A stretch of DNA of 36,913 nt, taken from IMG/VR virus record IMGVR_UViG_3300047163_000044, positions 1 through 36,913 of that record. The stretch is one strand, 5' to 3'. Shown piece after piece: positions 1 through 7,126 of the stretch (position 1 is the first letter of the stretch; every line of letters begins with the position of its first letter). This DNA is from a virus. Made by a program: the position numbers and the translations under genes. A model generated the notes under the pieces. That model worked only from the letters and a program-made list of their open reading frames with translations. It searched no databases and was not told the origin of the DNA.

Positions 1-127
1 GACTTATGGTATTACCTACGTGTTTAACCCCGGCAGCGTGACGCTCGGCGGTATCGGCGCGGGCGCTAAAATCGGCCCGGCCGAGAGCCTGCTCACCGCC
101 GTGGGCTATCAGGCTTTCGGCTCAGCC
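1..127. repeat. Terminal direct repeat, left copy. It is identical to 36787-36913. Best read as the assembly overlap of a circular or circularly permuted genome with unique length 36,786 bp.
   Basis: gacttatggtattacctacgtgtttaacc...caggctttcggctcagcc occurs at 1-127 and again at 36787-36913. One reading frame runs through both copies. Confidence 0.95.
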
Positions 128-1372
128 ATTCGCTCGAATATAGAGAGCACGGCGTTCGGATACCATGCGGGCGGCAACGCGATTGACCCGGACACAAACA
201 ACCTCTTTGGCATCAATGCCTTGGGGAGTTGTACCTATGGCTGCCGCCACAACGTAGCTTTCGGTACGGACGCCATGCGTAACGCGCAGAACGCCTTCGG
301 CAATACCGCCATAGGCAGTAGCGCGCTTATCAACAATAACGGCAGCTCCAACGTTGCGATAGGCGACGGCAACGTGATGGCCGGAACTATTGGCATCCAG
401 ACTACCGGCAATTTCAATACGGCAGTGGGCGCGCAATCCATGTCCGCCGCCGGATATACGACAGGATCGAATAATACGATGCTGGGCGCTCTTTCGGCGG
501 CAGCGCTCACGACCGGCGGGAGCAATGTCGTTATCGGGATGCAAGCAGGCTTACACATGACGACCGATAATAGCAATGTCATTATCGGGAAGGGAGCGGG
601 CCTGGCGCAGGCGGGCGGCTCAAATAACGTGCTTATCGGTTTGGCCGCCGGCAGCACCCAGGTGGCGGTCAATAACAACGTGGCAATCGGCATAAACGCC
701 GGATCGAAGCTGACGGGCGGCAATAACACGTATATTGGCACTAGCGTGGGTTCCTCCGCAGGGACGAGCGGGGGATTTAATATTCTACTTGGTGTCGCCG
801 CCGGGGCGGACACGCCCGCCACAAATACGGCCAATTATTTCGGCGTGTTCGGCAACTCTTCTACTCCGTCTATCAGCATCGCGGGGACGAACACCCCCGC
901 GACCGCAACGACGACCATTCACGGTAGCACCTTTGTTCTCCCGGACATCGCTTCCTCCACGGCTGCGCAAACCGGCTCCCTGTGCTGGGCGGCAGGCGGT
1001 CTCACCTACGACCCCACGAATACGTGCCTCGTATCCTCGCGCAAGTTCAAGGACAATATCACCTCACTCTCCGATAGCTCCGGCATGCTTGAAATCATGA
1101 AGCTGCGTCCTGTTTCGTATACTTATAAAGATAAGAAACTTAATGGAAACGGGCAGAGTGTCGGCTTAATAGCCGAAGAGGTGAATGACGTGGATAAGCG
1201 CCTTGTCGGCTACGATGATAAGGGTGAGCCCCATAGCGTTAAATACGAAAACCTCACGGCAATCCTCATTAAGGGCCTGCAGGAACAACAGCATGAAATT
1301 GATGACTTGAAGAAGATAAAATACCAGCGCGACGGCCAGCGCTGTTATGTATTCTTTTGGTGTGGAAATTAA
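1..1372 (+). CDS. Tail fibre, C-terminal part. It continues 35765..36786 across the circular junction (about 797 aa in total). It carries adhesin-like N-x-[AV]-[IVLF]-G repeats and a C-terminal peptidase S74 intramolecular-chaperone domain.
   Basis: The frame is open from base 2 and in phase with 35765. Repeats include NVAFGTDAM, NTAIGSSAL, NVAIGDGNV, NTAVGAQSM, NVVIGMQAG, NVIIGKGAG, NVLIGLAAG, NVAIGINAG and NTYIGTSVG. The C-terminus SSRKFKDNITSL...MKLRPVSYTYK...GLIAEEV...VKYENLTAILIKGLQEQ resembles the auto-cleaving chaperone of endosialidases and tail fibres. Confidence 0.85.
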   Translation, partial: TYGITYVFNPGSVTLGGIGAGAKIGPAESLLTAVGYQAFGSAIRSNIESTAFGYHAGGNAIDPDTNNLFGINALGSCTYGCRHNVAFGTDAMRNAQNAFGNTAIGSSALINNNGSSNVAIGDGNVMAGTIGIQTTGNFNTAVGAQSMSAAGYTTGSNNTMLGALSAAALTTGGSNVVIGMQAGLHMTTDNSNVIIGKGAGLAQAGGSNNVLIGLAAGSTQVAVNNNVAIGINAGSKLTGGNNTYIGTSVGSSAGTSGGFNILLGVAAGADTPATNTANYFGVFGNSSTPSISIAGTNTPATATTTIHGSTFVLPDIASSTAAQTGSLCWAAGGLTYDPTNTCLVSSRKFKDNITSLSDSSGMLEIMKLRPVSYTYKDKKLNGNGQSVGLIAEEVNDVDKRLVGYDDKGEPHSVKYENLTAILIKGLQEQQHEIDDLKKIKYQRDGQRCYVFFWCGN

Positions 1373-1376
1373 TACC

Positions 1377-1634
1377 ATGACCGTCGCCAACGGCATTGAC
1401 CTACACAATCTCACCATCACCGGAAACTCTTGGTATGACGGTAAAGTCACCATTGCAGGCAGCGGCACTATTTCCACGGCAGGATTTACTGTGTCTGGCC
1501 TGCCAACTGGCGTTACGGGTGCTCGCGCTCACGTCACCAATGCCGTAGCCTGCACTTTTGGCTCTACGCCGGTCAATGGCTGCACTACATTTTGCCCTGT
1601 GATTTACAACGGATCGGCATGGATCGCCGGTTAA
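1377..1634 (+). CDS. Hypothetical small protein (85 aa) next to the fibre genes
   Basis: ATG at 1377 lies just after the fibre stop at 1370-1372. The longer track ORF from 1347 would overlap the fibre gene. The protein is Gly/Thr-rich and ends ...ARAHVTNAVACTFG...PVIYNGSAWIAG. Confidence 0.55.
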   Translation: MTVANGIDLHNLTITGNSWYDGKVTIAGSGTISTAGFTVSGLPTGVTGARAHVTNAVACTFGSTPVNGCTTFCPVIYNGSAWIAG

Positions 1635-1649
1635 CTTGAAAGGAAATTT

Positions 1650-1883
1650 ATGAAATACGTTTTACTTATCGCCGCTTTGCTTATCGCCTCCCCCGCTTTA
1701 GCCACTGAAAGCATCACGCTCAGTGGCGAGGAGTACGACGCGCTGTTGAACGCGCTCGTGATGAAAGACCCTCTCATGTCAGCGCTGATCATGAAGCAGC
1801 AGGAAGCGCAGAAAGCTGCTGCATCCAAAAAAGCAGCCATCACTAACGGACAATCTGTAACCGATCCGAAAGCAAAAAAATAA
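1650..1883 (+). CDS. Small secreted protein (77 aa) with a Sec-type signal peptide
   Basis: N-terminus MKYVLLIAALLIASPALA/TE. An SD-like aaaggaaa lies upstream. The mature part is helical and Lys/Ala-rich. Confidence 0.6.
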   Translation: MKYVLLIAALLIASPALATESITLSGEEYDALLNALVMKDPLMSALIMKQQEAQKAAASKKAAITNGQSVTDPKAKK

Positions 1884-1885
1884 AA

Positions 1886-2323
1886 ATGAATCTTTCCTGC
1901 GCATATGGTCAGTCGACATTCGGGCAAGGCGTGTATTCGGCGCTGTTCTTTGCCACGTCTTCGACGCAATTACCCCCGGCCTCGCGCACGTTTAACCCCT
2001 CCGATTGCGGTCCCGTCACTATTTATATTACTCCGCAAGAGACAATTGATTACGCTTTTGACTGGACCGAGCCCTATGACGATAGCGATGATCAGGCATC
2101 TCAATATCAGCTTGCAACGGGCGAGACGATTGCAGTATCTCTATGGGCTGCGGATGGAATCGAGGTAACGCCATCTTCGATCCAAAATGACAACACGCTC
2201 ACCACGGTATGGCTATCGGGCGGCGAGGCGGGCAACAACTATATTGTGACAAATCAAGTTACCACTTCGGCGGGGAGGATTTACACCGCTTCCTTTAATG
2301 TAGTGGTGGCGAATTTTAACTGA
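1886..2323 (+). CDS. Hypothetical protein (145 aa), late operon
   Basis: The ORF is tightly packed after the previous stop. The sequence looks beta-rich (...TTVWLSGGEAGNNYIVTNQVTTSAGRIYTASFNVVV). No function is assigned. Confidence 0.6.
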   Translation: MNLSCAYGQSTFGQGVYSALFFATSSTQLPPASRTFNPSDCGPVTIYITPQETIDYAFDWTEPYDDSDDQASQYQLATGETIAVSLWAADGIEVTPSSIQNDNTLTTVWLSGGEAGNNYIVTNQVTTSAGRIYTASFNVVVANFN

Positions 2324-2331
2324 AGGAACGA

Positions 2332-2619
2332 ATGATGACCGATTCACTCGGATTGGGCGATAGCGCGGAAGTGAAAATCGCCGTCATCCAGGAGCAAATA
2401 AAAGGAATCCGCGAACAGCAGAAGGTTCACGCCGAAACCACTGCGGCAAATTTTGTCAAGCAGGATGCCAATTTCTCGCTTATTTTTTCCGCTCTGAAAG
2501 AGATTAATATTTCCATGAGCCGGGGCAATGGAGTTTTTGTCGCATGCCTGGCATTTTCAGGCGCTATCGGCGCGGCAATAAGCTGGGCCGTTACTCTTTA
2601 CGCTGGCAAGCACTCATGA
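2332..2619 (+). CDS. Putative holin (95 aa, single C-terminal transmembrane segment)
   Basis: SD aaggaa precedes the ATG. The only hydrophobic stretch is GVFVACLAFSGAIGAAISWAVTLYAG at the C-terminus. The gene lies immediately upstream of the endolysin. Confidence 0.45.
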   Translation: MMTDSLGLGDSAEVKIAVIQEQIKGIREQQKVHAETTAANFVKQDANFSLIFSALKEINISMSRGNGVFVACLAFSGAIGAAISWAVTLYAGKHS

Positions 2620-2628
2620 GGGCGACGC

Positions 2629-3087
2629 ATGACCGACATATTTGACCAGCTTGTCATCCCAGAGGAAGGTCAGCGCCTCGCGGTATACGACGATGCGACA
2701 GGAAAACCGCTCAAGCCGGGTATGTATTGCACAGGCCACCCCACCATAGGCAGAGGTCGTGCGCTCGACACGCAAGGCATCTCGCAAGAGGAAATGCTCT
2801 ATCTTTACCAAAACGACAAGCAGAGGGTCCTGGCAGCCGTTCTGAACGCATTACCCTGGGCGACGCACCTTGCACCTCTTCGACTAGGCGTGCTTTGCGC
2901 AATGGCCTTTCAAATTGGTATTGCCGGTCTGCTCGAATTTCATCAGACCCTTGCGGCCATAAAAGACGGAAACTGGCAGGCTGCGCATGACGGCATGCTT
3001 GATAGCGTTTGGGCGAAGCAAACCCCCTTGCGTGCGCAACGAATGGCGAGTATAATTCTAACCAATACCGATCCAACCACAATTTAA
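2629..3087 (+). CDS. Endolysin, T4-type lysozyme (glycoside hydrolase family 24)
   Basis: The catalytic pattern EEGQRLAVYDDATG...HPTIGRG matches T4 E11/D20/T26. AMAFQIGIAGLLEFHQTLAAIKDGNWQAAHDGMLDSVWAKQTPLRAQRM parallels T4 [48 protein letters not shown]. Confidence 0.93.
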   Translation: MTDIFDQLVIPEEGQRLAVYDDATGKPLKPGMYCTGHPTIGRGRALDTQGISQEEMLYLYQNDKQRVLAAVLNALPWATHLAPLRLGVLCAMAFQIGIAGLLEFHQTLAAIKDGNWQAAHDGMLDSVWAKQTPLRAQRMASIILTNTDPTTI

Positions 3088-3099
3088 GGAGAATTACCC

Positions 3100-3462
3100 A
3101 TGACGAACGGCATTGTCACTTTTTTCGAGGGAAAATACGCTGAATTTATTAATTGGCTAGGCTCGGCAGAGGCTGCGGTCATTGCAGAAGGCAAAACCAT
3201 TATCGACGAGCTTGTGCCCGTTATTAAGCAAGACTTGCTTGCTGACGGCACTGCGGCGTTTACGGCCGTCACCACAGCGCTTGCTTCTGGTACTGGCATA
3301 GGAGCCCTTGTGACGGCGGCCGAGGCCCTTCTGCCGGTGCTGGCATCGCAGGGCATCACACTTAGCAAGGAAGCCGCGACCGTACTTGTGGCATTCCTTT
3401 CGACCAAGCTGGAAGCAACCTCGACCCCAGCCTCGATGCCTGCACCGGTTCCCGCCTCCTAA
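3100..3462 (+). CDS. Hypothetical protein (120 aa) inside the lysis cassette. It may be a membrane-associated lysis accessory protein.
   Basis: SD ggagaa is present. The stop forms a TAATG overlap with the next gene. There is an Ala/Thr-rich, moderately hydrophobic core (FTAVTTALASGTGIGALVTAAEALLPVL). Confidence 0.55.
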   Translation: MTNGIVTFFEGKYAEFINWLGSAEAAVIAEGKTIIDELVPVIKQDLLADGTAAFTAVTTALASGTGIGALVTAAEALLPVLASQGITLSKEAATVLVAFLSTKLEATSTPASMPAPVPAS

Positions 3463-3677
3463 TGTTTCAGGCATTTTTTAGCGCTCTGTTCCAAGCTTTT
3501 CTTGGTCTATTCGGCGAATCAGATCAGGAGAATCTTGGACGCCTGAAAGTTCAAAAGTCAGAAGATGACGCCCTGATAAAGGAAATGAAGGCAAAAAATG
3601 ACACGACTCAGGCTGTTAATGGTCTCAGCAACAGCGATGTTATTAACATCCTGTCAAACGAGTTCCCGCGCAAATGA
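3462..3677 (+). CDS. Putative i-spanin (Rz-like, 71 aa)
   Basis: It has an N-terminal hydrophobic anchor (MFQAFFSALFQAFLGLFG) followed by a charged helical region. It overlaps an out-of-frame lipoprotein ORF downstream of the endolysin, the classic spanin arrangement. Confidence 0.6.
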   Translation: MFQAFFSALFQAFLGLFGESDQENLGRLKVQKSEDDALIKEMKAKNDTTQAVNGLSNSDVINILSNEFPRK

Positions 3678-3789
3678 TTTCTGCGCTCTGTCAGAAGTAA
3701 TAACCGTTGTTCCGCAAGACCACTTGAGCACGGAAACGGCGCGGGAAATACTGGCGCATGACCGCCTTTATAAGAAAATCTGCGAATGA
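3598..3789 (+). CDS. Putative o-spanin (Rz1-like lipoprotein, 63 aa)
   Basis: The lipobox is LLTS-C (Cys19) after MTRLRLLMVSATAM. The ORF starts inside the i-spanin ORF in another frame and extends past it. There is a C-terminal Cys. Confidence 0.7.
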   Translation: MTRLRLLMVSATAMLLTSCQTSSRANDFCALSEVITVVPQDHLSTETAREILAHDRLYKKICE

Positions 3790-3798
3790 AACGTGTAG

Positions 3799-3820
3799 CC
3801 CCTTTATAAGGGATTTATAT
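3799..3820. terminator. Weak hairpin between the convergent late (+) and early (-) operons
   Basis: CCCTT-tat-AAGGG stem at 3800-3812 followed by atttatat. The stem is only 5 bp, so this is tentative. Confidence 0.25.
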
Positions 3821-3888
3821 ACATAGCTAACCCATCCCGTTGGTTATCTTTATCTTGTTTGCGTAAACTTTTGATAAATCATCAACTT

Positions 3889-4098
3889 TTATCCTGATTG
3901 CGCCCATTGCTGAACCGCAGCCTCGAAAGCAGCCTCATTTATCGGATCGGCCTGTTTTCCCTCCTTTTCATGCAAGACACCCTCCCATGCCTCGCGCTCG
4001 CAACGTGTCATAGCTTGCATTCCTCCTGTAAAATACTGAGTTCTTCGGGTGGAATCTGGTGCAAGTCTATTCTCCACCCATGAGCCATTATATTGCAT
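3889..4098 (-). CDS. Hypothetical small protein, last gene of the long leftward operon. The start is uncertain.
   Basis: The track ORF is 69 aa. An internal ATG at 4011 makes an ATGA overlap with the stop of the upstream gene (4008-4010), which would give a 40-aa product (MTRCEREAWEGV...). Confidence 0.4.
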   Translation of the reverse strand: MQYNGSWVENRLAPDSTRRTQYFTGGMQAMTRCEREAWEGVLHEKEGKQADPINEAAFEAAVQQWAQSG

Positions 4099-4244
4099 CT
4101 CACCGCAAGCAAATCGGATTTTGCGGAATTCAGCTTTTGGTTCTCATTTTCCATGTCTGTAATAAATAAAATCATAAAAATTAACATGAAAATGGCAATT
4201 AAAATACGAAGAATATAAGAAATACGTTTTTCAAAATCACTCAT
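4008..4244 (-). CDS. Small membrane protein (78 aa)
   Basis: A strong SD (aggagatggag) precedes the ATG at 4244. A hydrophobic segment ILRILIAIFMLIFMILFI is present. Confidence 0.6.
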   Translation of the reverse strand: MSDFEKRISYILRILIAIFMLIFMILFITDMENENQKLNSAKSDLLAVRCNIMAHGWRIDLHQIPPEELSILQEECKL

Positions 4245-4265
4245 GACTCCATCTCCTCAAGACGT

Positions 4266-4469
4266 TCACAGTGAGCGCGAAGCTTGCTGATATTGCGGCT
4301 GCGAAAGTCCGGCTTTTGCTTTTATCCACTCGATAGCATCTTCCAATTTTTCGACCACAGCAGGCTTATCGGGGAAATGCTCCGTAGCATAAATAACCCA
4401 ATATTCTTTGCCTCCCGGCTGGCCATTATTCCAACTCTGCGCCCCTGACAACCCGAAAATCGTTTTCAT
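4266..4469 (-). CDS. Hypothetical protein (67 aa)
   Basis: The ORF is in the operon orientation. It overlaps the upstream gene by 44 nt, and no clear SD is seen. Confidence 0.45.
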   Translation of the reverse strand: MKTIFGLSGAQSWNNGQPGGKEYWVIYATEHFPDKPAVVEKLEDAIEWIKAKAGLSQPQYQQASRSL

Positions 4470-4695
4470 AGACTATTTGCAGCATTTCCTTGTATATTAT
4501 GTCGCACGTATAAAGCATGTCGTTCCAGCCCTTGATCGCTTCCCACATAAGCGGGTTACTAAACCCTTCAATCTCACAATCATCACACGCAACCCAAAAC
4601 TCAATAATATCGCCCTTAGAAGTTTCGCGGTATCTAACAACCGGCGAAGCATTACAACATTTAAAGACCTCTTCCAAATCGCTCCCGGCCATCAC
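4426..4695 (-). CDS. Hypothetical protein (89 aa), possibly a Lar-like zinc-ribbon (restriction-alleviation family)
   Basis: FKCCNASPVV...WVACDDCEIEG....WEAIKGWN resembles the Lar-family pattern (a Cys pair, a second Cys pair, then ..AI.aWN). The first CxxC is degenerate, so the assignment is tentative. Confidence 0.45.
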   Translation of the reverse strand: MMAGSDLEEVFKCCNASPVVRYRETSKGDIIEFWVACDDCEIEGFSNPLMWEAIKGWNDMLYTCDIIYKEMLQIVYENDFRVVRGAELE

Positions 4696-4724
4696 CCAAC
4701 TCTACCATTAAATCGTTGTTACCC

Positions 4725-4880
4725 CTACGGACATTCCTTCCCTGCGAAGCCAGCCATTGCGCTGACTGAATTACAGGCGCCCGTGGTATTTCTCTGCGCA
4801 TACCACTGCGCTATCTGGTGGTCGCCAGGCGAACCCTGAAGGGTACAGCCTGTAAGAATTAACATGACAACAATCCTCAT
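4725..4880 (-). CDS. Small lipoprotein (51 aa), below the ORF-track cutoff
   Basis: Hand translation gives MRIVVMLILTG-C TLQGSPGDHQIAQWYAQRNTTGACNSVSAMAGFAGKECP. The lipobox is LTGC, and SD gagggaaga precedes the ATG at 4880. Confidence 0.5.
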   Translation of the reverse strand: MRIVVMLILTGCTLQGSPGDHQIAQWYAQRNTTGACNSVSAMAGFAGKECP

Positions 4881-4951
4881 TCTTCCCTCATCACCATTGT
4901 ATTAACGGCATCCATAAATGATTTGTTCATTACGGTTAAGTGTGATTTTCA

Positions 4952-5131
4952 TTACCTTCCGTCCTTTTTTAACTTCTCCATTTCCGCCGTAAGTTCACGT
5001 ATGCGAGCCATATCAGCCAGTGAATTATAAGGCTTTCCATTGCGGTGAATTTCATTTATTTTTCCCGCAATAATCTGTGATTGCCTCAATGTGGCTATGG
5101 GTTCTTTGTAATTGCGTATCTCTTCTGTCAT
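4952..5131 (-). CDS. Hypothetical small protein (59 aa), below the ORF-track cutoff
   Basis: Hand translation gives MTEEIRNYKEPIATLRQSQIIAGKINEIHRNGKPYNSLADMARIRELTAEMEKLKKDGR. SD ggagat lies 7 nt upstream of the ATG at 5131. Confidence 0.55.
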   Translation of the reverse strand: MTEEIRNYKEPIATLRQSQIIAGKINEIHRNGKPYNSLADMARIRELTAEMEKLKKDGR

Positions 5132-5697
5132 CGTTCAATCTCCATAAATAATACGGCAAGCCATGATAGAGTTTTGAAAAAGTCCAATCGGACAACCCCT
5201 TGACAGGGACGCTGGGAAGCGGTTAAACTCCCCAGCGTGGTCATAGCGGCATGGACGTGCCCCATGAACCTCAAGCAGTCTGTAGAAGCAGTCCTGCTTG
5301 GTTTAAGGATGATAGTCCAAAAACTATCAAATTTCATCCCTGAATGTATGTGCTTCTCCCGGCCTGATGTAAACGCCGAAGACATAACTGCATCGTAGCA
5401 TCTAGGGAACTTGCGCTCTGTGTTGGGGCGTTTCCGACCTGCGGTAAGCTTCACGGCAAATCCGCGCAACCAGTCCCCCACTTGAATGTGGGAAAATGCC
5501 AAGTGATTGCCGGTATGCCGGTGGCAGGGTGGGGTGGCTCCCATACGACAATAAGCAGGCTGGCTATGTGATGCTGAAGTGGGAGCGAGATACGACCGCA
5601 GACATGCCTTGAAGCCGATAGCGAGATCGGCAAGCGTCAAAAAGTACGCAGGCAGGCATACAGCGGAAAGCGGCCTATTCTCTAAATTATGTATCAC
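5128..5697 (-). CDS. Questionable ORF (189 aa, His/Cys/Arg/Ser-rich). It may instead be a non-coding, GC-rich structured segment.
   Basis: The GTG start overlaps the upstream stop (GTGA). Composition is atypical for this genome: about 11 His, 7 Cys, few Lys/Glu/Asp and many AGG/CGG/CGA codons. The segment is visibly more GC-rich than its neighbours. No family was recognised. Confidence 0.35.
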   Translation of the reverse strand: MIHNLENRPLSAVCLPAYFLTLADLAIGFKACLRSYLAPTSASHSQPAYCRMGATPPCHRHTGNHLAFSHIQVGDWLRGFAVKLTAGRKRPNTERKFPRCYDAVMSSAFTSGREKHIHSGMKFDSFWTIILKPSRTASTDCLRFMGHVHAAMTTLGSLTASQRPCQGVVRLDFFKTLSWLAVLFMEIER

Positions 5698-6128
5698 GCT
5701 GCCTCCCCCATAATATCGGATATGCGCTGCTTAAGCTGTTCATCGGTCACGCCGGGGAGTATTTTCCTGCAAATGAACTCCACCACCTTGTTATAGAATT
5801 GTTCAAATCGCGGCTCATCCATAGCCCCAAAAGAAATACTCAGGGGCTTTGGATAGGGATTGCCGTTTATGTCATAGCGTTCGACGTATAGCCCCACCCC
5901 TATCTTGATGACATCCAGCATGTCATCCATCGTCGCCCATCGCGTCTGATTATGATAGACTTCGCTCATAAGTAAAAAGAACAGATTATGAAAAGCAATC
6001 TTGCGCGGCCTTCTGAATGTGGCCGATACAATTTCCCCCTGTTTCATAGCGTCTATGGAATCCTGAGAAATAGGATCGCACGCCACAAGGGAATTGCCTT
6101 TTTTCATAATCCGCACTTCCGTTGCCAT
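5694..6128 (-). CDS. DUF1367-like phage protein (144 aa)
   Basis: FRRPRKIAFHNLFFLLMSEVY and LSISFGAMDEPRFEQFYNKVVEFI resemble, from memory, the conserved blocks of the lambdoid DUF1367 family (R.prn..fHrkfFal...; KSISFa.MdE.eFe.lY). Confidence 0.7.
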   Translation of the reverse strand: MATEVRIMKKGNSLVACDPISQDSIDAMKQGEIVSATFRRPRKIAFHNLFFLLMSEVYHNQTRWATMDDMLDVIKIGVGLYVERYDINGNPYPKPLSISFGAMDEPRFEQFYNKVVEFICRKILPGVTDEQLKQRISDIMGEAA

Positions 6129-6130
6129 TT

Positions 6131-7093
6131 TTAGCCCTTCGCAAACGGTATCTTGCTGATAGGCGCTTTCACAGAATCGGCATAAGCCTGCTGCGCTCCG
6201 ACGATATGCGGTGGTATTTCGGATTCGTCAGGCTCATCTGTAACGGTTTCGGAAAATCCTGGCCCGAAACTCGCAGCAACGTCATCTTTTGCCGTAAACT
6301 GCTTTTTCATGCGCCCATAGCGATTGCGTATTTCCTGCACTGCAAGTTCATCATGCTCATTACCCGTTGCCTTCATCGCGTCAATGATAGTTTGGTGCGT
6401 GAAAAGCCATTCGTCTAGCTCATCTAAGGTAGCCGCGCTTTCAAAGTCTTTGATGACAGTGGAAATAAAGGTATTGCGCAGGCTGGCATTTTTGAAATAG
6501 GATTTGACAAAAGGCATTTCCTCCACTTCATTTGCTTGTGCCATTTCATCGCTTGTATAAAGACCAGAAAGCTCTTGCGGAAATGCCTTGCGCAAAGCAA
6601 GGGATTCGGCGCATTTTGCAATCATTACATCGCCCATTTTCTGCCACATTGCGGTCAAATCGCCTTCTTTCTTACGCTGTGCATAGGCATCGAATCTGGC
6701 AACGCCCCAGCAGGGTTCTTTGAAGTCATGACGAACTACACCCACTTTAGAGGCAATGGGAGGAGCCTTTGAAAGCCATACGTCTTTCCATTCGCCATCT
6801 TCTCCGCACCAAAACGGGCCGACCTGTCCAGCATATTTTCCTGACCGCTCAGCAACCAATCGGAATCCGTCAATAGAGGTCTGCGTGGACATTACTTCGC
6901 GCTTAAGGTTACCGTCCCACCGTTTTACGGCGTAAATTTGCCGGGCAAATGGGTTAAGGCCGGTTGCCTTGCACTGCATCATGAAAAGCTTTAACTCATT
7001 GTCAGAAGCCCCCTTACAAATAGTATCTTTAATCAAAGCTACTTCCTCAGTAGAGAATGGCTTCGGTTCCATTGTTGCAACTGCGGTATTCAT
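6131..7093 (-). CDS. recT: RecT/Bet-family single-strand annealing recombinase (320 aa)
   Basis: [40 protein letters not shown] and [28 protein letters not shown] match the RecT (phage Bet, TIGR01913-like) signature. Confidence 0.9.
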   Translation of the reverse strand: MNTAVATMEPKPFSTEEVALIKDTICKGASDNELKLFMMQCKATGLNPFARQIYAVKRWDGNLKREVMSTQTSIDGFRLVAERSGKYAGQVGPFWCGEDGEWKDVWLSKAPPIASKVGVVRHDFKEPCWGVARFDAYAQRKKEGDLTAMWQKMGDVMIAKCAESLALRKAFPQELSGLYTSDEMAQANEVEEMPFVKSYFKNASLRNTFISTVIKDFESAATLDELDEWLFTHQTIIDAMKATGNEHDELAVQEIRNRYGRMKKQFTAKDDVAASFGPGFSETVTDEPDESEIPPHIVGAQQAYADSVKAPISKIPFAKG

Positions 7094-7126
7094 ATAATTC
7101 CTTTCGTGGCTAAATCGACGTGTTGG

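Noticed and set aside
1-127. The terminal repeat read as LTR/IR of a mobile element or as genuine phage direct terminal repeats.
   Set aside because: The repeat lies inside a continuous tail-fibre reading frame that is in phase across the junction. This fits an assembly overlap of a circular path. No transposase or recombinase is present.
122-1100. Antisense or alternative-frame ORFs inside the fibre gene (122..544 -, 235..834 -, 735..1100 +, 785..970 -).
   Set aside because: The locally GC-rich, repeat-rich fibre coding sequence suppresses stops. The products are low-complexity Pro/Arg/Ala strings, and the fibre frame has clear domain signatures.
3800-3812. A strong bidirectional intrinsic terminator between the convergent operons.
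   Set aside because: The stem is only 5 bp with a 3-nt loop and no clean U-tract on either strand. It is kept as a low-confidence feature only.
4408-4839. A 143-aa + strand ORF across the early leftward operon (also 6122..6418, 7106..7324 and 8011..8275 on the + strand).
   Set aside because: They are antisense to - strand genes that have SD sequences and coupled starts. No motifs were recognised.
5132-5560. tRNA-like or RNase P-like elements (for example GAAAAAGTCCAATCGGAC and the hairpin CCCAC-ttgaat-GTGGG).
   Set aside because: No canonical T-loop (GTTCRANYC) with matching acceptor and anticodon arms is present. The similarity to the RNase P P4 region is only a few bases.
4952-6128. The idea that 5128-5697 is a group I intron splitting the DUF1367-like gene (144 aa + 59 aa, about the family length of 200 aa).
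   Set aside because: The 144-aa protein already ends with a C-terminus resembling the family's own end (…QLKQRISDIMGEAA). The 59-aa ORF has its own SD, and I could not recognise intron core elements.
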